The notes under the pieces were generated by a model. The model saw only the letters and a list, made by a program, of their open reading frames with translations, ran no database searches and was not told the origin of the DNA. Below, piece by piece: positions 19,861 through 30,520 of a stretch of 60,011 bases of DNA (its first letter is position 1; the number at the start of each line of letters is the position of its first letter). A program made the position numbers and the translations under genes. This stretch comes from Eubacteriales bacterium (GTDB lineage Bacteria; Bacillota; Clostridia; Oscillospirales; SIG627). The stretch covers positions 1-60,011 of the forward strand of contig JAZOQB010000007.1 of NCBI GenBank assembly GCA_045655865.1, in the 5' to 3' direction.

Positions 19861-20817
19861 TTATCGACGGGTTTTCTTTTTCTCAACTTCCCAGGATTTG
19901 GTTTTAGCTAGTTGGCAAAAGAGGGTACAGTAGCTTTCGTGGCGGGAGGGTGCAATCTCTCCCTTTTTCACCTCTTCTAAAATTCGGCAGCCATCTTCCG
20001 TTTGGTGCGTGCACTTGGTATAGCGGCACTGGCCCAGGTAGGGATCGAATTCCGGAAACGTGAAGGCAAGATCCTCTTTTTCCATAAAGAAAAAACGCTG
20101 GAAATCCAGGAGGGAGAAGCCGGGAGTATCTGCTACATACACCCGCTCTTTACTTCCGATCAAATGGGAAATTTCGTACAGGGTGCTCTGGCGTGTGGTG
20201 TGTTTCCCTCGCTGGGTCTTTTCGCTGACGTTCCCCGTTTCCGGGGAAAGAGTGGGGAAGAGGGTGTGAATGAGAGTGGATTTTCCTACTCCGCTGGCCC
20301 CTGCCAGGGCACAAACATGACCGCGAATTGCAGGATAAAGAAGCTCTCTTGTTATTTCTTGTTCTGCTCTGGTCACCGCAAAGGCACAAAAGCCTGCTTT
20401 CTGATAAAGAGAAGTGAGCTCGTCTGCCCGAGCCGGATCCAGTTCTTTTTTGGTAAACACCAAAACCGCGTTGATCCCATTGTGGCGGGCGATGGCCAGA
20501 AGCTTATCAATAGAAAGAAGATCCGGTTCCGGATTTTTTACCGCCACCACCAAAAACAGAGTGTCCAGATTTGCAAGTGGCGGGCGAATCAAAATGTTTT
20601 TTCGTGGAAGAATTTTAGTAATCAAGCACCGGGCGTCCTTTTGTTCCGCCTGGTCGCTCTCTTTTGTTTCTCGTTCCAGCAGAACCAGGTCTCCTGCTAC
20701 CGGACTGAGACCTTCTTTTCGAAAGCTGCCTTTTGCGTAGCAAAACACCTTGTCACGGTCGGTCTGAGCGGTGTAAAGACCACCGCTCAAGCTTATAATT
20801 CTGGCTTTCTCTTCCAT
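19861..20817 (-). CDS. rsgA: Ribosome small subunit-dependent GTPase A
   Basis: RPPLAN, GASGVGKS, RGKHTT, DTPGF, Zn finger C-x4-C-x-H-x5-C. Confidence 0.96.
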   Translation of the reverse strand: MEEKARIISLSGGLYTAQTDRDKVFCYAKGSFRKEGLSPVAGDLVLLERETKESDQAEQKDARCLITKILPRKNILIRPPLANLDTLFLVVAVKNPEPDLLSIDKLLAIARHNGINAVLVFTKKELDPARADELTSLYQKAGFCAFAVTRAEQEITRELLYPAIRGHVCALAGASGVGKSTLIHTLFPTLSPETGNVSEKTQRGKHTTRQSTLYEISHLIGSKERVYVADTPGFSLLDFQRFFFMEKEDLAFTFPEFDPYLGQCRYTKCTHQTEDGCRILEEVKKGEIAPSRHESYCTLFCQLAKTKSWEVEKKKTRR

Positions 20818-20820
20818 CTT

Positions 20821-22530
20821 TTATGAGCCGGAAGCCGGATTTTTTGGCCCAAGGCTGACTACCAGATCCACCGCGGTATATTTTTGCGCTGTGGAGGCGC
20901 CTGGCGCGATGCTCTGACTGATGACGCGTCCCTCCGGTACAGCGTCAGAATACTCTTTTGTGATATTTCCCACGACAAAATTAGCATTGAGAAGCTGGCG
21001 CTTGGCCTCTGCAGCGTCCTTCCCCTTAACGTTGATCATCTTAGAGTAGGTGGTCTCTACACCCTTTGATACCTGCAAGGTCACCGTGTCGCCGTTGTTG
21101 ATCAACGTCCCCGGTGCCGGAGTGGTTGCAATCACGTAACCGGCAATGACGGCGTTATCGAATTTTTCTTCCACCACGACTTTTGCTCCCAGATTTTCAA
21201 GAGCAATCTGAACCTTGCGGTATTCTTGATTGGTATAATCGGAGAGAGAAAAGCTCTTTTTGCCCAAAGATACTTCCACGGAAACCGTGGTAGTACGATC
21301 TTTGGAAGCAATTTTCCGGGTTTGCCCTCCGGCGGGGTCCTGGAAAGCGATGCGACCTTTTTCATATAGATCGTTGTTCACTTCCGTAACGTCCAGAGTG
21401 ATGTTCTGAGCTGCCAGACTGGCCTGCAGTTCCTCCGTCAATTCTTGATTGATTAGATCCGGAATGGAAATGACCAGCGTGTTGTCCTCGTCGGTCATAT
21501 TGATCAAGGATGTAAGGAGAATGACCCCAGCCACAAGTGCTACGCAGAGAAAGGCAGTTGTGACTCCTAAAATAATGGGGAAGAGGGTGTGGTGAATGGC
21601 CTTGACAGTCTTTTTTTCTGCCGGGGAGGCCGCTTTATTGCTTTCTTTATCTTTTCCGGTACCGGTCTCTTCAAAGACTACCGTGGGATCTTTTTTGATG
21701 ATCTCGCAAGCCCGAAGCATGGACTTGGCCGAGCGGAAGCGCTCTTCGGGAGCTTTGTTTATCGCTCTAAGAATGATCTGTTCCAGGCCTTGCGGGATCT
21801 TTTGATTGATCTTGCGCGGTCTTACCGGACGGCTTTTTACTTGCATCATAGCAATGGAAAGGGGAGTGTCCCCTTCAAAAGGCAGACGGCCGGTGGCCAT
21901 TTCATAGAGCATGATGCCGACTGAATAAATGTCCGAGGAGAACGTGGTGGTCTTTCCGCTGGCTTGCTCGGGAGAGATGTAGTATACCGTTCCCATGGCC
22001 ACTCCGGAATTGGATTGTTTGGCGTCGCTGATCTGGGCAATGCCAAAGTCCGTTACTTTCAGTTTCCCGTTGGCCTGCACCATGATGTTCTGCGGTTTGA
22101 TGTCGCGGTGTACCACGCCCTTCTCATGGGCATGCTGTAAGGCAGAGAGAATTTGCATTGTAAAATCCAACGCCTTTTCGATGCCAATGGGTGCGTGGCG
22201 CAGCATGTATTCTCGCAAGGTGATCCCATCGATGTATTCCATGACGATATACTTGCTTTTTCCCGTAAAGGCTACATCGTAAATATCCACGATATGTTCG
22301 CTGGAAAGCAGGGCGATGGCACGGGATTCATTGACAAAGCGACGAATAGAGGCGTTGTCGTTGCTGTGCTTTTCATTGAGCATTTTGATGGCAACGATGC
22401 GGTTTTTTAACCGGTCTCTGGCTTTGAGTACCACAGCCATTCCGCCGATTCCTTTGACCTGTAGGATCTCATACCGATCGTCGATCACTTTTCCGATCAG
22501 GTGCGCGTAGCGATTGAGGCTTGTGTCCAT
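20821..22530 (-). CDS. prkC: PASTA-domain Ser/Thr protein kinase (PrkC/PknB/Stk1)
   Basis: GIGGMA, VAIK, HRDIKPQN, DFG, SPEQ, one TM helix, three PASTA-like repeats. Confidence 0.95.
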   Translation of the reverse strand: MDTSLNRYAHLIGKVIDDRYEILQVKGIGGMAVVLKARDRLKNRIVAIKMLNEKHSNDNASIRRFVNESRAIALLSSEHIVDIYDVAFTGKSKYIVMEYIDGITLREYMLRHAPIGIEKALDFTMQILSALQHAHEKGVVHRDIKPQNIMVQANGKLKVTDFGIAQISDAKQSNSGVAMGTVYYISPEQASGKTTTFSSDIYSVGIMLYEMATGRLPFEGDTPLSIAMMQVKSRPVRPRKINQKIPQGLEQIILRAINKAPEERFRSAKSMLRACEIIKKDPTVVFEETGTGKDKESNKAASPAEKKTVKAIHHTLFPIILGVTTAFLCVALVAGVILLTSLINMTDEDNTLVISIPDLINQELTEELQASLAAQNITLDVTEVNNDLYEKGRIAFQDPAGGQTRKIASKDRTTTVSVEVSLGKKSFSLSDYTNQEYRKVQIALENLGAKVVVEEKFDNAVIAGYVIATTPAPGTLINNGDTVTLQVSKGVETTYSKMINVKGKDAAEAKRQLLNANFVVGNITKEYSDAVPEGRVISQSIAPGASTAQKYTAVDLVVSLGPKNPASGS

Positions 22531-22545
22531 CTGTTTCTCCTCCCG

Positions 22546-23325
22546 TTATCGTTCGATCATTACGGCGGTGATGTTGTCTGCTCCACCGCAGCGGTTGGCG
22601 TATTCAATGAGAATCTCTACTTTTTCCTTGCAGCTTCGTCTGCTTTCCAAGGTTAACAAAAAGAACTCTTCGTCAAAATAATTGGAAAGGCCGTCGCTGC
22701 AAAGCAGCAGGGTTCCTTTGGTGTAGGGGAAGAACTGAATATCCGCCTCTACTTTTTCTTCTACCCCTAGGGCACGCAGAATGATGTTTCGGTTGGGGTG
22801 ACTTTGAGCCTCCCGTTCGGTGATGCGTCCTTCATCAATAAGGTTCTGCACCAGAGAGTGGTCTTGGGTGAGTTTTGTAATCTTCCCGTCGCAAACGTAA
22901 TAGATCCGGCTGTCACCGATGTTGGCGGTCACGATTCCCGTAGGGGTGACGATGCAGGATGTCAAAGTAGTCCCCATGCCTCTCAGATTTTCGTTTCGCT
23001 CTGCCGCACCGAATACTTCGGCATTGGCCAGATCTACGGATTTAGAAATAAAATCTCCCAGGCGCAGATCCGGAAACTCTTTGCAGGACTCTCCGAATTC
23101 CGGAATGTCCCCCAAATACACAAAACTCAGGGCGGAGCTGATGTATTTGGCTAGCTTTTTGGTGTAGGCCTCCACAGCAATGGCGCTGGCTACATTTCCG
23201 CCGTTGGCACCGCCCATTCCGTCGCAAACGGAGGCGATCAGGAGGTTGCCGGCGATTTTGATCTGAAATGCGTCCTGGTTGCTGCTGCGGCGGATGCCCT
23301 GATTTGTGGAACCGTAATACTGCAT
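22546..23325 (-). CDS. stp: PP2C-family Ser/Thr phosphatase (Stp1/PrpC)
   Basis: NQDA, VCDGMGG, GMGTT, NIGDSR, CSDGL, GGADNIT. Confidence 0.95.
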   Translation of the reverse strand: MQYYGSTNQGIRRSSNQDAFQIKIAGNLLIASVCDGMGGANGGNVASAIAVEAYTKKLAKYISSALSFVYLGDIPEFGESCKEFPDLRLGDFISKSVDLANAEVFGAAERNENLRGMGTTLTSCIVTPTGIVTANIGDSRIYYVCDGKITKLTQDHSLVQNLIDEGRITEREAQSHPNRNIILRALGVEEKVEADIQFFPYTKGTLLLCSDGLSNYFDEEFFLLTLESRRSCKEKVEILIEYANRCGGADNITAVMIER

Positions 23326-23335
23326 GATATTCTCC

Positions 23336-24382
23336 TTAATGAGACCCTTTTTCTCGGCGTAGCTGTCCGCATGCTGCTTGAATATCTGCGCCTAGAGTTC
23401 GGCGAATGGTGACGTTAACGCCGCCTTTTTTCAAAAGTGAGAGGAAATGTTCCATAGATTTTCGACTTCCCGGATGAAAGTCAGTCTCTTTTGTGGGATT
23501 GATGGGGATGAGATTTAAGTGATTCATCCAGCCGGATAAGAGTCCGATCAGTTCTTTCGCCTCTTTTTCCGTGTCATTGACACCGCGGATCACTGCATAT
23601 TCAAAAGAGATCCGGCGTCCGGTGACCTTCGTATATTCCTTGCACGCTTCCATCAACTCTAAAAGAGGGTATTTGCGGTTGACCGGCATCAGTTCCGACC
23701 GAAGGGGGGAAGAGGCGGCGTGCAGAGAGACGGAAAGGGTAATGGGCAATTTTTCTTTCATGAGCTTTTTCATTTGAGGGATGAGCCCACAGGTGGAAAG
23801 AGAAATGTTGCGAAGGCTGATCCCAAATACGTCTTTGTGGCTACACAGCCTGAGAAAGCGCAAAACTTCCTCATAATTATCCAAAGGCTCTCCGATCCCC
23901 ATGAGCACCACGTGCCCGATGCGAAAATTCGGGTCGACCGTTTTCATCTGCCGGGTGATCTCCACCATTTGTAAAAGGATCTCACCCGCTCGGAGATTTC
24001 GGACAAAGCCGGCTTTGGTGGAGGCGCAGAATCGGCAACCCATTTTGCAGCCTACCTGGGTAGAAAGGCACACGCTGATCCCGTGCTGATAAGAGAGCAT
24101 GACACTCTCTACGTATTCTCCGTCCGGGAGGGTAAAGAGGTATTTTCTCGTTCCGTCTTGAGAGATCAGAGTTTCCACCTCTGTCATGTTATCGATCACA
24201 AACAATTCATTCAGGCGCTCTCGCAGGGCTTTGGGGAGATTGGACATTTCATCAAAGCTTCCCACGCCCTTTTGTAGCCAGGAGAGGATCTGCCCGGCTC
24301 TGTAAGACTCTATTTTATTTTCCAGAATGATTTCCTGCACCTCTTCCGGCAGAAGAGAGCGCAGATCTCGGCGTTCCATCAT
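23336..24382 (-). CDS. rlmN: 23S rRNA (adenine-2503-C2)-methyltransferase RlmN
   Basis: CKMGCRFC, MGIGEP, SLHA, AACGQL. Confidence 0.97.
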   Translation of the reverse strand: MMERRDLRSLLPEEVQEIILENKIESYRAGQILSWLQKGVGSFDEMSNLPKALRERLNELFVIDNMTEVETLISQDGTRKYLFTLPDGEYVESVMLSYQHGISVCLSTQVGCKMGCRFCASTKAGFVRNLRAGEILLQMVEITRQMKTVDPNFRIGHVVLMGIGEPLDNYEEVLRFLRLCSHKDVFGISLRNISLSTCGLIPQMKKLMKEKLPITLSVSLHAASSPLRSELMPVNRKYPLLELMEACKEYTKVTGRRISFEYAVIRGVNDTEKEAKELIGLLSGWMNHLNLIPINPTKETDFHPGSRKSMEHFLSLLKKGGVNVTIRRTLGADIQAACGQLRREKGSH

Positions 24383-25668
24383 ATGGTTTTCTCCAAAAGA
24401 TCGCAGAAAAATCCGTCGTTTTCCCCACCTACGGGGAAAATGGTCTCAGCCTTGCCGATCCGGCGAAACTGGGGATGACGGGAAAGAAATTTTTCTGTTA
24501 CCCCTTCGTTTTCCTCCGGATTTAACGTGCAGGTGGAGTAGAGAATCACTCCGCCCGCCTTTAGCGCTGTTGCGCCGGATTCTAAAATGGCAAGCTGAAG
24601 CTCGGGAAGACCGGCCGCTTCCTCTTTCTCTTTATGGCGAATGTCCGGCTTTTTGGCAATGACACCGTACCCGGAACACGGAACGTCACAGATCACGCGG
24701 TCAAAGATGCCGACGCACTCCTGCAAAAGCTGAGTAGAATCGTTTTTCTGCGCCCGAATTATGGAAATTCCCAGGCGCCGCGCTCCTTTTTGGATCAAGT
24801 CCAGCCGGGAGGCGTGTAGCTCAAAGGAAAGGATCTCTCCTTGCCCCTCCATGTCCATGGCGGCACCGAAGCTTTTCCCTCCGGGTGCGGCGCAAAGGTC
24901 TAAAATTCGTTCTCCCGGTCGTGCGCCCAGTCGGTCCACGGCTCTTTGGGCGGCGGCGTCCTGGACGAAAAAGAGACCTTCTTCAAATCCAGGCAGTTGT
25001 GAGGGATGCCCTTTTGTTTCCAGTGTAAATCCATTCCGACAAAGGGGGTTGGCATGATAGGGGATCTCTTCTTTTTTCAGCAGTTGTTCGTATTCAGAAA
25101 GAGAAATTTTCAAAGTGTTGACCCGTAGTGTCAAAGCCGCTTTTTGGTTTTGAGCCTCCATAATAGAAAGGCATTGTTCTTTTCCGTAAGCTTCCTGCCA
25201 GAGTCCCACCATCCATTTCGGATATCCGAAACGCAAAGACAGTCCCTTTTTTCCCGGGTGGTCCAAAAGGGAAAAGAGCGTTTCTTTTTCACGGGACAGG
25301 CGGCGAAGCATGGCATTGAGATAGGAAAGGGCTTGCGGGCAGTGTTTTTTTGCCATCTCTCCCGCCTCGAAAATGGCAGCCCGATCCGGTACGCGGTCCA
25401 GGAATAAAACCTGAAATGCACCCAATTCCAACAGGGACAAGACCTCCGGGGATAGCTGGTTTAACGGGATCTGGGAGATCCGGGACAAAAGATAGTCCAA
25501 GGGGATCTTCTTTTCCACTACTCCCAGGTAAAGCTTTTCGTAAAGGGAACGGTCTTCCGGAGAAAGAGAGGCTTTTCGAAGAGTCTGGTCGCTTTCCAGA
25601 TTGGGAAAGGCCCCGTCCCTCAGACTTCTCGTCAGGGAACGAAAGGCCAGAAGTCTGGCTTGGTTCAT
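24379..25668 (-). CDS. rsmB: 16S rRNA (cytosine-967-C5)-methyltransferase RsmB/Sun
   Basis: NusB-like N-domain, FFVQD, DLCAAPGGK, DVPCSG, YSTCT. Confidence 0.96.
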   Translation of the reverse strand: MNQARLLAFRSLTRSLRDGAFPNLESDQTLRKASLSPEDRSLYEKLYLGVVEKKIPLDYLLSRISQIPLNQLSPEVLSLLELGAFQVLFLDRVPDRAAIFEAGEMAKKHCPQALSYLNAMLRRLSREKETLFSLLDHPGKKGLSLRFGYPKWMVGLWQEAYGKEQCLSIMEAQNQKAALTLRVNTLKISLSEYEQLLKKEEIPYHANPLCRNGFTLETKGHPSQLPGFEEGLFFVQDAAAQRAVDRLGARPGERILDLCAAPGGKSFGAAMDMEGQGEILSFELHASRLDLIQKGARRLGISIIRAQKNDSTQLLQECVGIFDRVICDVPCSGYGVIAKKPDIRHKEKEEAAGLPELQLAILESGATALKAGGVILYSTCTLNPEENEGVTEKFLSRHPQFRRIGKAETIFPVGGENDGFFCDLLEKTI

Positions 25669-26609
25669 TGGAAGAGATCGCCCAGAGCGATTTTTCTTCC
25701 GTTGACTGCATCCATCGCGTTCATTTGTCCTTTTCCTTCCGGTTGGATTCTTAAGAGAACGATGGCCCCATCTCCGGTTTTTACAAGAACTTTACCCTTT
25801 GTACCGATCACCTCGCCCGGCATACCGGAAAATTCCCCTTCCGCTTTTTCAGCAGAGTAGATCTTAAAGAGCGATCCTGTCTCTTTTTTGCGGCACAGAG
25901 CGCCGGGAGCGGGGGAGAGGGCGCGGATACGGTTCAAAATCTTTTCGGTCTCTTCCTCGAAGTTTAGATCCTGGTCTTCCCGTTGAATCTTGGAAGCGTA
26001 GGTAGACTGGGTGTGATCTTGAGGGATGGGAGTGAGTTTGTTTGCGAAAATGTCCGGTAAAATTTCCAGTAGCATTTCTTTTCCCAGCATAGCCAGCCGT
26101 TGTGACAGTTCCCCACAGCTTTCATTTTCCTCAATCAAAAGTTCCCGTTTTAGAAGCATATCTCCCGTGTCCAGTCCTTCATCCATTTGCATGACGGTGA
26201 CACCGGTTTTATCTTCTCCGTCCAAAATAGCGCGTTGAATGGGAGCGGCCCCCCGGTACTTAGGCAGAAGAGAGGCGTGAAGATTGATACAGCCGTATTT
26301 CGGAGCGTGGATGACGTAGGGTGGGAGAAGAAGACCGTAAGAGGCCACAACCACAAGATCGGCTTTCAAGGAAAGAAATTCTTCTTTGGCATCTTCCTCT
26401 TTCAAAGAATGAGGCTGGTACAGGGGAAGTCCTTTTTCCCGGGCGAAGGCGGCGACGCAACCGTCTTTTTCTTTCATACCCCGACCGGCCCTTTTGGCTT
26501 CTTTCGTGTACACGACAAGACGGTCGTCGGCGTGAAGGTTCTCCCAAAGACCCGTTAAGGCCTCAAGGGCAAAAGGCCCGGTTCCCATAAAGCAAAAAGT
26601 TTTATTCAT
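25665..26609 (-). CDS. fmt: Methionyl-tRNA formyltransferase
   Basis: FMGTGPFA, INLHASLLPKYRGAAPI, MDEGLDTGD. Start trimmed to ATG 26609. Confidence 0.97.
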   Translation of the reverse strand: MNKTFCFMGTGPFALEALTGLWENLHADDRLVVYTKEAKRAGRGMKEKDGCVAAFAREKGLPLYQPHSLKEEDAKEEFLSLKADLVVVASYGLLLPPYVIHAPKYGCINLHASLLPKYRGAAPIQRAILDGEDKTGVTVMQMDEGLDTGDMLLKRELLIEENESCGELSQRLAMLGKEMLLEILPDIFANKLTPIPQDHTQSTYASKIQREDQDLNFEEETEKILNRIRALSPAPGALCRKKETGSLFKIYSAEKAEGEFSGMPGEVIGTKGKVLVKTGDGAIVLLRIQPEGKGQMNAMDAVNGRKIALGDLFQ

Positions 26610-27075
26610 AATCTTCCAATTCTTCGGGAGAGAGCATCCGATCGGCAATATCGTAGAAAAGTGTACCGTCCAAATGGTCCATTTCATGGCAAATGGCTCT
26701 GGCTAGGAGACCTTGGGCTTTGTGGCGAACGATTTTTCCTTTTCGGTTCATCGTTTCCACTTCTACTTTCATAGGTCTGCGGGTGATTCCCCATTTACCC
26801 GGGCAGGAAAGACACCCTTCCCGGTCTTCCTGTTCTCCGGAGGCGGAGAGCAGACGGGGATTGATCAATTCCAGTTGTTCTTCTCCGGTGTCGATGACAA
26901 TGACCCTTTTCAATTTTCCCACTTGGACTGCCGCAAGGCCAACGCCTTGGGCTTTTTCCATGGTTTCCTTCATGTCTTCCAGAAGAGTGATGATCTTGTC
27001 GTCCACCACTTGTACTTCCTTGGATCTTTTGCGGAGGATTTCATCTCCGTCCTTTACAATGTTGAGAATGGCCAT
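26602..27075 (-). CDS. def: Peptide deformylase
   Basis: GVGLAAVQ, EGCLS, HEMDHLDG. Confidence 0.98.
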   Translation of the reverse strand: MAILNIVKDGDEILRKRSKEVQVVDDKIITLLEDMKETMEKAQGVGLAAVQVGKLKRVIVIDTGEEQLELINPRLLSASGEQEDREGCLSCPGKWGITRRPMKVEVETMNRKGKIVRHKAQGLLARAICHEMDHLDGTLFYDIADRMLSPEELEDYE

Positions 27076-27085
27076 GCTTTCTCCT

Positions 27086-29332
27086 TTAGATCATGCCCGG
27101 ATTGATGTCCAGGCTAAGTTTTGTCCCGTCCGATGAGGACAAGGACATTTCCGTTAAGATCCGATCAAGAAGCTCTCTTGACCGGGGATTGTTTTTGTAT
27201 TTTATGATAAACCGTTTTCGGAAAATATTTTTCATCCGGTAAATGGGCGCCTCAAAGGGGCCGTAAACGATGAATTTTACGTCGGAAAATTCTCCCGTGA
27301 GAGCTTTTTCTAAAAGAGATCCCATTTTCGATGCGCCCCGATCTAGCTCCCGTTCCGATTCGTGGGAGAGGGTAAAGACGGCCAGCTGACAAAAGGGAGG
27401 GAACAGAAAGGCTTTTCTTAAGGCGATCTCCCCTTCGTAGAGCTGAGTGAAATCCTGCTCTGCCGCCAGCGAAAAGACGTTGTGGCGGGGATTGAGAGTT
27501 TGAATCAGGGCTCTTCCTTCTTTTTCCGCTCTGCCTGCCCGGCCAATGACCTGGGTCAAAAGGGAGAACGTGTGTTCCGCAGCACGGTAGTCGCCCAAAT
27601 ATAGGGCGCTGTCTGCCATGACGATTCCCACCAAAGTTACATCGGGAAAGTTGTGGCCTTTGGCTACCATCTGTGTGCCGATAAGAATGTCAGCTTCTTT
27701 GTTTCGAAACGAGGTCAAAATGGTCTCGTGATCGCTTTTTCCCGTGAGGGAATCGGAATCCAGTCGCAAAACTCTTGCCTGGGGAAAGGCCTCTTTTAGC
27801 TCTTCCTCCAGTTTTTGAATGCCGTATCCGTGAGCAGACAAATGAGCCTTTCCGCACTCCGGACAAGTTTTTGGCAACGGGATGGCATAGCCGCAGTAGT
27901 GGCAAGAAAGACGCTGGTTTTTACCGCTGTGAAGGGTCATGGAAACGCTGCAATGGGGGCAACGGATCACGTTTGCGCAAGATAGGCAAGAGACGAACCT
28001 TCGGTAGCCCCGGCGGTTCATGAGCAAAATCGCCTGTTCGCCACGCTCCAGATTCAGCCGAATCTCTTCCCTTAGCCTTTTTCCCAATAAAATACCGGGA
28101 TTCCGGCGAAGGTCCGGGCGCAGATCGATGATCTGAACCTGGGGGAGCTTGGCGGCGCCGTAGCGCTCTTTTAATTCTACCAGCTGATATTTTCCGGTTT
28201 TTGCCTTGTAATAGGATTCAATATCCGGTGTGGCTGAGGCCAAAAGAAGCATGGCCCCGTTTTTTGCACAGCGAAAGCGTGCCACATCTCTGGCGTGGTA
28301 CTTCAATTGGGTATCGGATTTATAGCTCTGGTCTTGCTCTTCATCCATGACCACAAGCCCTAGGTTGGAAAGGGGTGCAAATACAGCACTCCGCGTTCCC
28401 AAAACCACCCTTTTTTCCCCTTGTCGGATGCTCACATAGGTATCCCGCCTCTCACCTTCGGAGAGGGCGGAGTGTAAAATGGCAACTTTTTTGCCGTAAC
28501 GGGTTGTCAGAAGTCGGGCGCTTTGCCCGGTAAGGGCGATCTCCGGAACCAGAAACAGAACCGTTTTTCCTTTTTCTAAAACGTGATCGCACAGAGCCAG
28601 CATGACTCTGGTTTTTCCGCTCCCGGTAATACCGTGAAGAAGCGCGGCACAGGGCTCAGCTTTGTCCAATTGCTCTTTTAAGATCCCATAGGCCTCTTCT
28701 TGAGCAGGGGACAGGAGATTCTCCTCTTGCTTCTCGTCTATGGATAGGAAAGAGACGGGATCGCGAAAAGCGTTTTCCTGAGAAAAAGTGATCAGCCCTT
28801 TTTTGGAGAGAAAGGTGAAGGCTGCGCCATCCAAGGAAAAAAGATCCCGGCAAACTTTTTCTTGTACGGATCCCATGAGAGCCAGATAGCGCAGAAGATC
28901 TTGGTATTTTTCTTTGTTTTTTCCTCGAAAGCTTACCAGTGCAGTTTCCGGGTCCACATCTTGAGAAAGAGAGACCAGGCGCACCGTTTTGGCTTTGTTT
29001 TGATATACCGGAGAGGGGATCATAGCCCGTGCGGCTTCGCCAAAGGTGCAAAAGAGCTGCTCCCGAAGATGATCGCAAAGGCTCAAAAGCTCCTCGTTTA
29101 AGCTGACCTCTTCCGGGAAAACAGAAGAAATGGTCTTAAGAGGCATGGCGGGGGTTTCCCGGGAAAGATCCACCACGATACCGAATCGCTCACGATCCCC
29201 TTTACCAAAGGGGATTTTCACCACGGCGCCGCGAAACACCGGCAAAGATGCCGGGCACAGGTAATCAAAGACTTTATCCGTTCCCTTGGCGGTGGATAAA
29301 AGCCGTACCTTGGCGATGTTCAACGGCTCCAT
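27086..29332 (-). CDS. priA: Primosomal protein N' (replication restart helicase)
   Basis: GITGSGKT, VPEIAL, DEEQD, NRRGY, four CxxC, GTQMVAKG, GRAGR. Confidence 0.98.
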   Translation of the reverse strand: MEPLNIAKVRLLSTAKGTDKVFDYLCPASLPVFRGAVVKIPFGKGDRERFGIVVDLSRETPAMPLKTISSVFPEEVSLNEELLSLCDHLREQLFCTFGEAARAMIPSPVYQNKAKTVRLVSLSQDVDPETALVSFRGKNKEKYQDLLRYLALMGSVQEKVCRDLFSLDGAAFTFLSKKGLITFSQENAFRDPVSFLSIDEKQEENLLSPAQEEAYGILKEQLDKAEPCAALLHGITGSGKTRVMLALCDHVLEKGKTVLFLVPEIALTGQSARLLTTRYGKKVAILHSALSEGERRDTYVSIRQGEKRVVLGTRSAVFAPLSNLGLVVMDEEQDQSYKSDTQLKYHARDVARFRCAKNGAMLLLASATPDIESYYKAKTGKYQLVELKERYGAAKLPQVQIIDLRPDLRRNPGILLGKRLREEIRLNLERGEQAILLMNRRGYRRFVSCLSCANVIRCPHCSVSMTLHSGKNQRLSCHYCGYAIPLPKTCPECGKAHLSAHGYGIQKLEEELKEAFPQARVLRLDSDSLTGKSDHETILTSFRNKEADILIGTQMVAKGHNFPDVTLVGIVMADSALYLGDYRAAEHTFSLLTQVIGRAGRAEKEGRALIQTLNPRHNVFSLAAEQDFTQLYEGEIALRKAFLFPPFCQLAVFTLSHESERELDRGASKMGSLLEKALTGEFSDVKFIVYGPFEAPIYRMKNIFRKRFIIKYKNNPRSRELLDRILTEMSLSSSDGTKLSLDINPGMI

Positions 29333-29349
29333 GTTGTGGCTCCTCGGAC

Positions 29350-29604
29350 TTATTTTTCTTCGGGCAGAACGATCTTGAATTCTCTGGTATGAAGCTTTTC
29401 GATGGCCTCTTTCACAGGCTTTTCATTGGAATTGGCTTTCTTCTGGGGGAAGGGAGAAAACTTGTCGTCGCGGAAATCTCCCATTCCGGATCCTTTTTCC
29501 AGTTGATCGCTGGTAATTTTCCGTGCGCACTTTGCAGTGGCAATGGAGAGCATGTAGCGGTTCACGCCTTCGTCAGAAAGGTCTTGAATGGATGGATAGA
29601 TCAT
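29350..29604 (-). CDS. rpoZ: RNA polymerase omega subunit
   Basis: MIYPSI, NRYMLSIATAKCAR, KPVKEAIE; located after gmk. Confidence 0.88.
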   Translation of the reverse strand: MIYPSIQDLSDEGVNRYMLSIATAKCARKITSDQLEKGSGMGDFRDDKFSPFPQKKANSNEKPVKEAIEKLHTREFKIVLPEEK

Positions 29605-29643
29605 GGTATTTCCTCCTAAAATTTAGAATGGTTTGGGTTTGGG

Positions 29644-30255
29644 TTAAAAATTCTTCAGAAAGGTGGCTCGGTCCTGCACCAGCGCAGGGCTTTTGGTTTC
29701 GCCCGCCTCTACCAAATCGGCAATGGCCCGGGCGGCTTCGTCCGCCGATCCGTCAAAATTGATTACGATGTTTTCATAGAGCCGGGAGCGAAGGATTTCT
29801 TCCTTGGCGGCACCCAGGCGCTTTTGAATGGCATCCTCGGTCTCTGTGCCGCGGCCTCTCAGCCGTGCTTCTAACGTTTGGTAATCCGGGGGAGACAGGA
29901 ATACGGAAAGACAGGAGGGGAGCTTTTTCATGACTTGCTCCGCACCGTCCGTTTCGATTTCCAGAACCGGAACCAGGCCTTGATCGATCATCTGGAAAAA
30001 CTGCTTTTTTGGCGTTCCGTAGAAATTTCCGCAATATTCGGTGTGCTCCAAAAAGCCGTCTTCCTCCAGGGTCTTTTGAAAGGTTTCTTTGGTGACAAAA
30101 TAATATTCCCGTCCATCTACCTCGCCCGGTCTGGGGGCGCGCGTGGTCATGGAAATGCTCAGGGTCAATTTCGGGCAAATTTCCCGTGCAAGCTTTAAAA
30201 CGGTTCCTTTTCCGCTTCCGGCAGATCCGGAAAAAATCAAAATGTTATGCTTCAT
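29644..30255 (-). CDS. gmk: Guanylate kinase
   Basis: SGSAGSGKGT, TTRAPRPGEVDGREYYF, FYGT, RLRGRGTE. Confidence 0.97.
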   Translation of the reverse strand: MKHNILIFSGSAGSGKGTVLKLAREICPKLTLSISMTTRAPRPGEVDGREYYFVTKETFQKTLEEDGFLEHTEYCGNFYGTPKKQFFQMIDQGLVPVLEIETDGAEQVMKKLPSCLSVFLSPPDYQTLEARLRGRGTETEDAIQKRLGAAKEEILRSRLYENIVINFDGSADEAARAIADLVEAGETKSPALVQDRATFLKNF

Positions 30256-30508
30256 CCTCTTCCTCGTCTCTTCCTTCTTCTCCGGAAAGTCTTCTCTGAA
30301 TGGATTTTGGCGCCAGCGCAGAAAGGAGCACGTGACCGCTGTCGGTAAGAATTACCGATTGGGTTTTTCGACCGCAAGTTACGTCCACTGCGATCCCCGC
30401 GTCCTTGGCATCTTGCACCAGGCGCTTCATGGGTGCGGAATCCAGGCCTGTTACCGCCACTACCCGGGAGGAGGCAACGAAGTTTCCAAAGCCGATGTTC
30501 GTCATCAT
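30245..30508 (-). CDS. remA: RemA/DUF370 family protein
   Basis: NIGFGNFV, SAPMKRLV, DVTCGRKT, HVLLSAL; between yicC and gmk. Confidence 0.92.
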   Translation of the reverse strand: MMTNIGFGNFVASSRVVAVTGLDSAPMKRLVQDAKDAGIAVDVTCGRKTQSVILTDSGHVLLSALAPKSIQRRLSGEEGRDEEEDEA

Positions 30509-30520
30509 GTCCCTGACCTC

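Noticed and set aside
23040-23150. Short insertion in the PP2C phosphatase (SALSFVYLGDIPEFGESCKEFPD)
   Set aside because: Falls in a variable helical region; all metal-binding motifs are intact.
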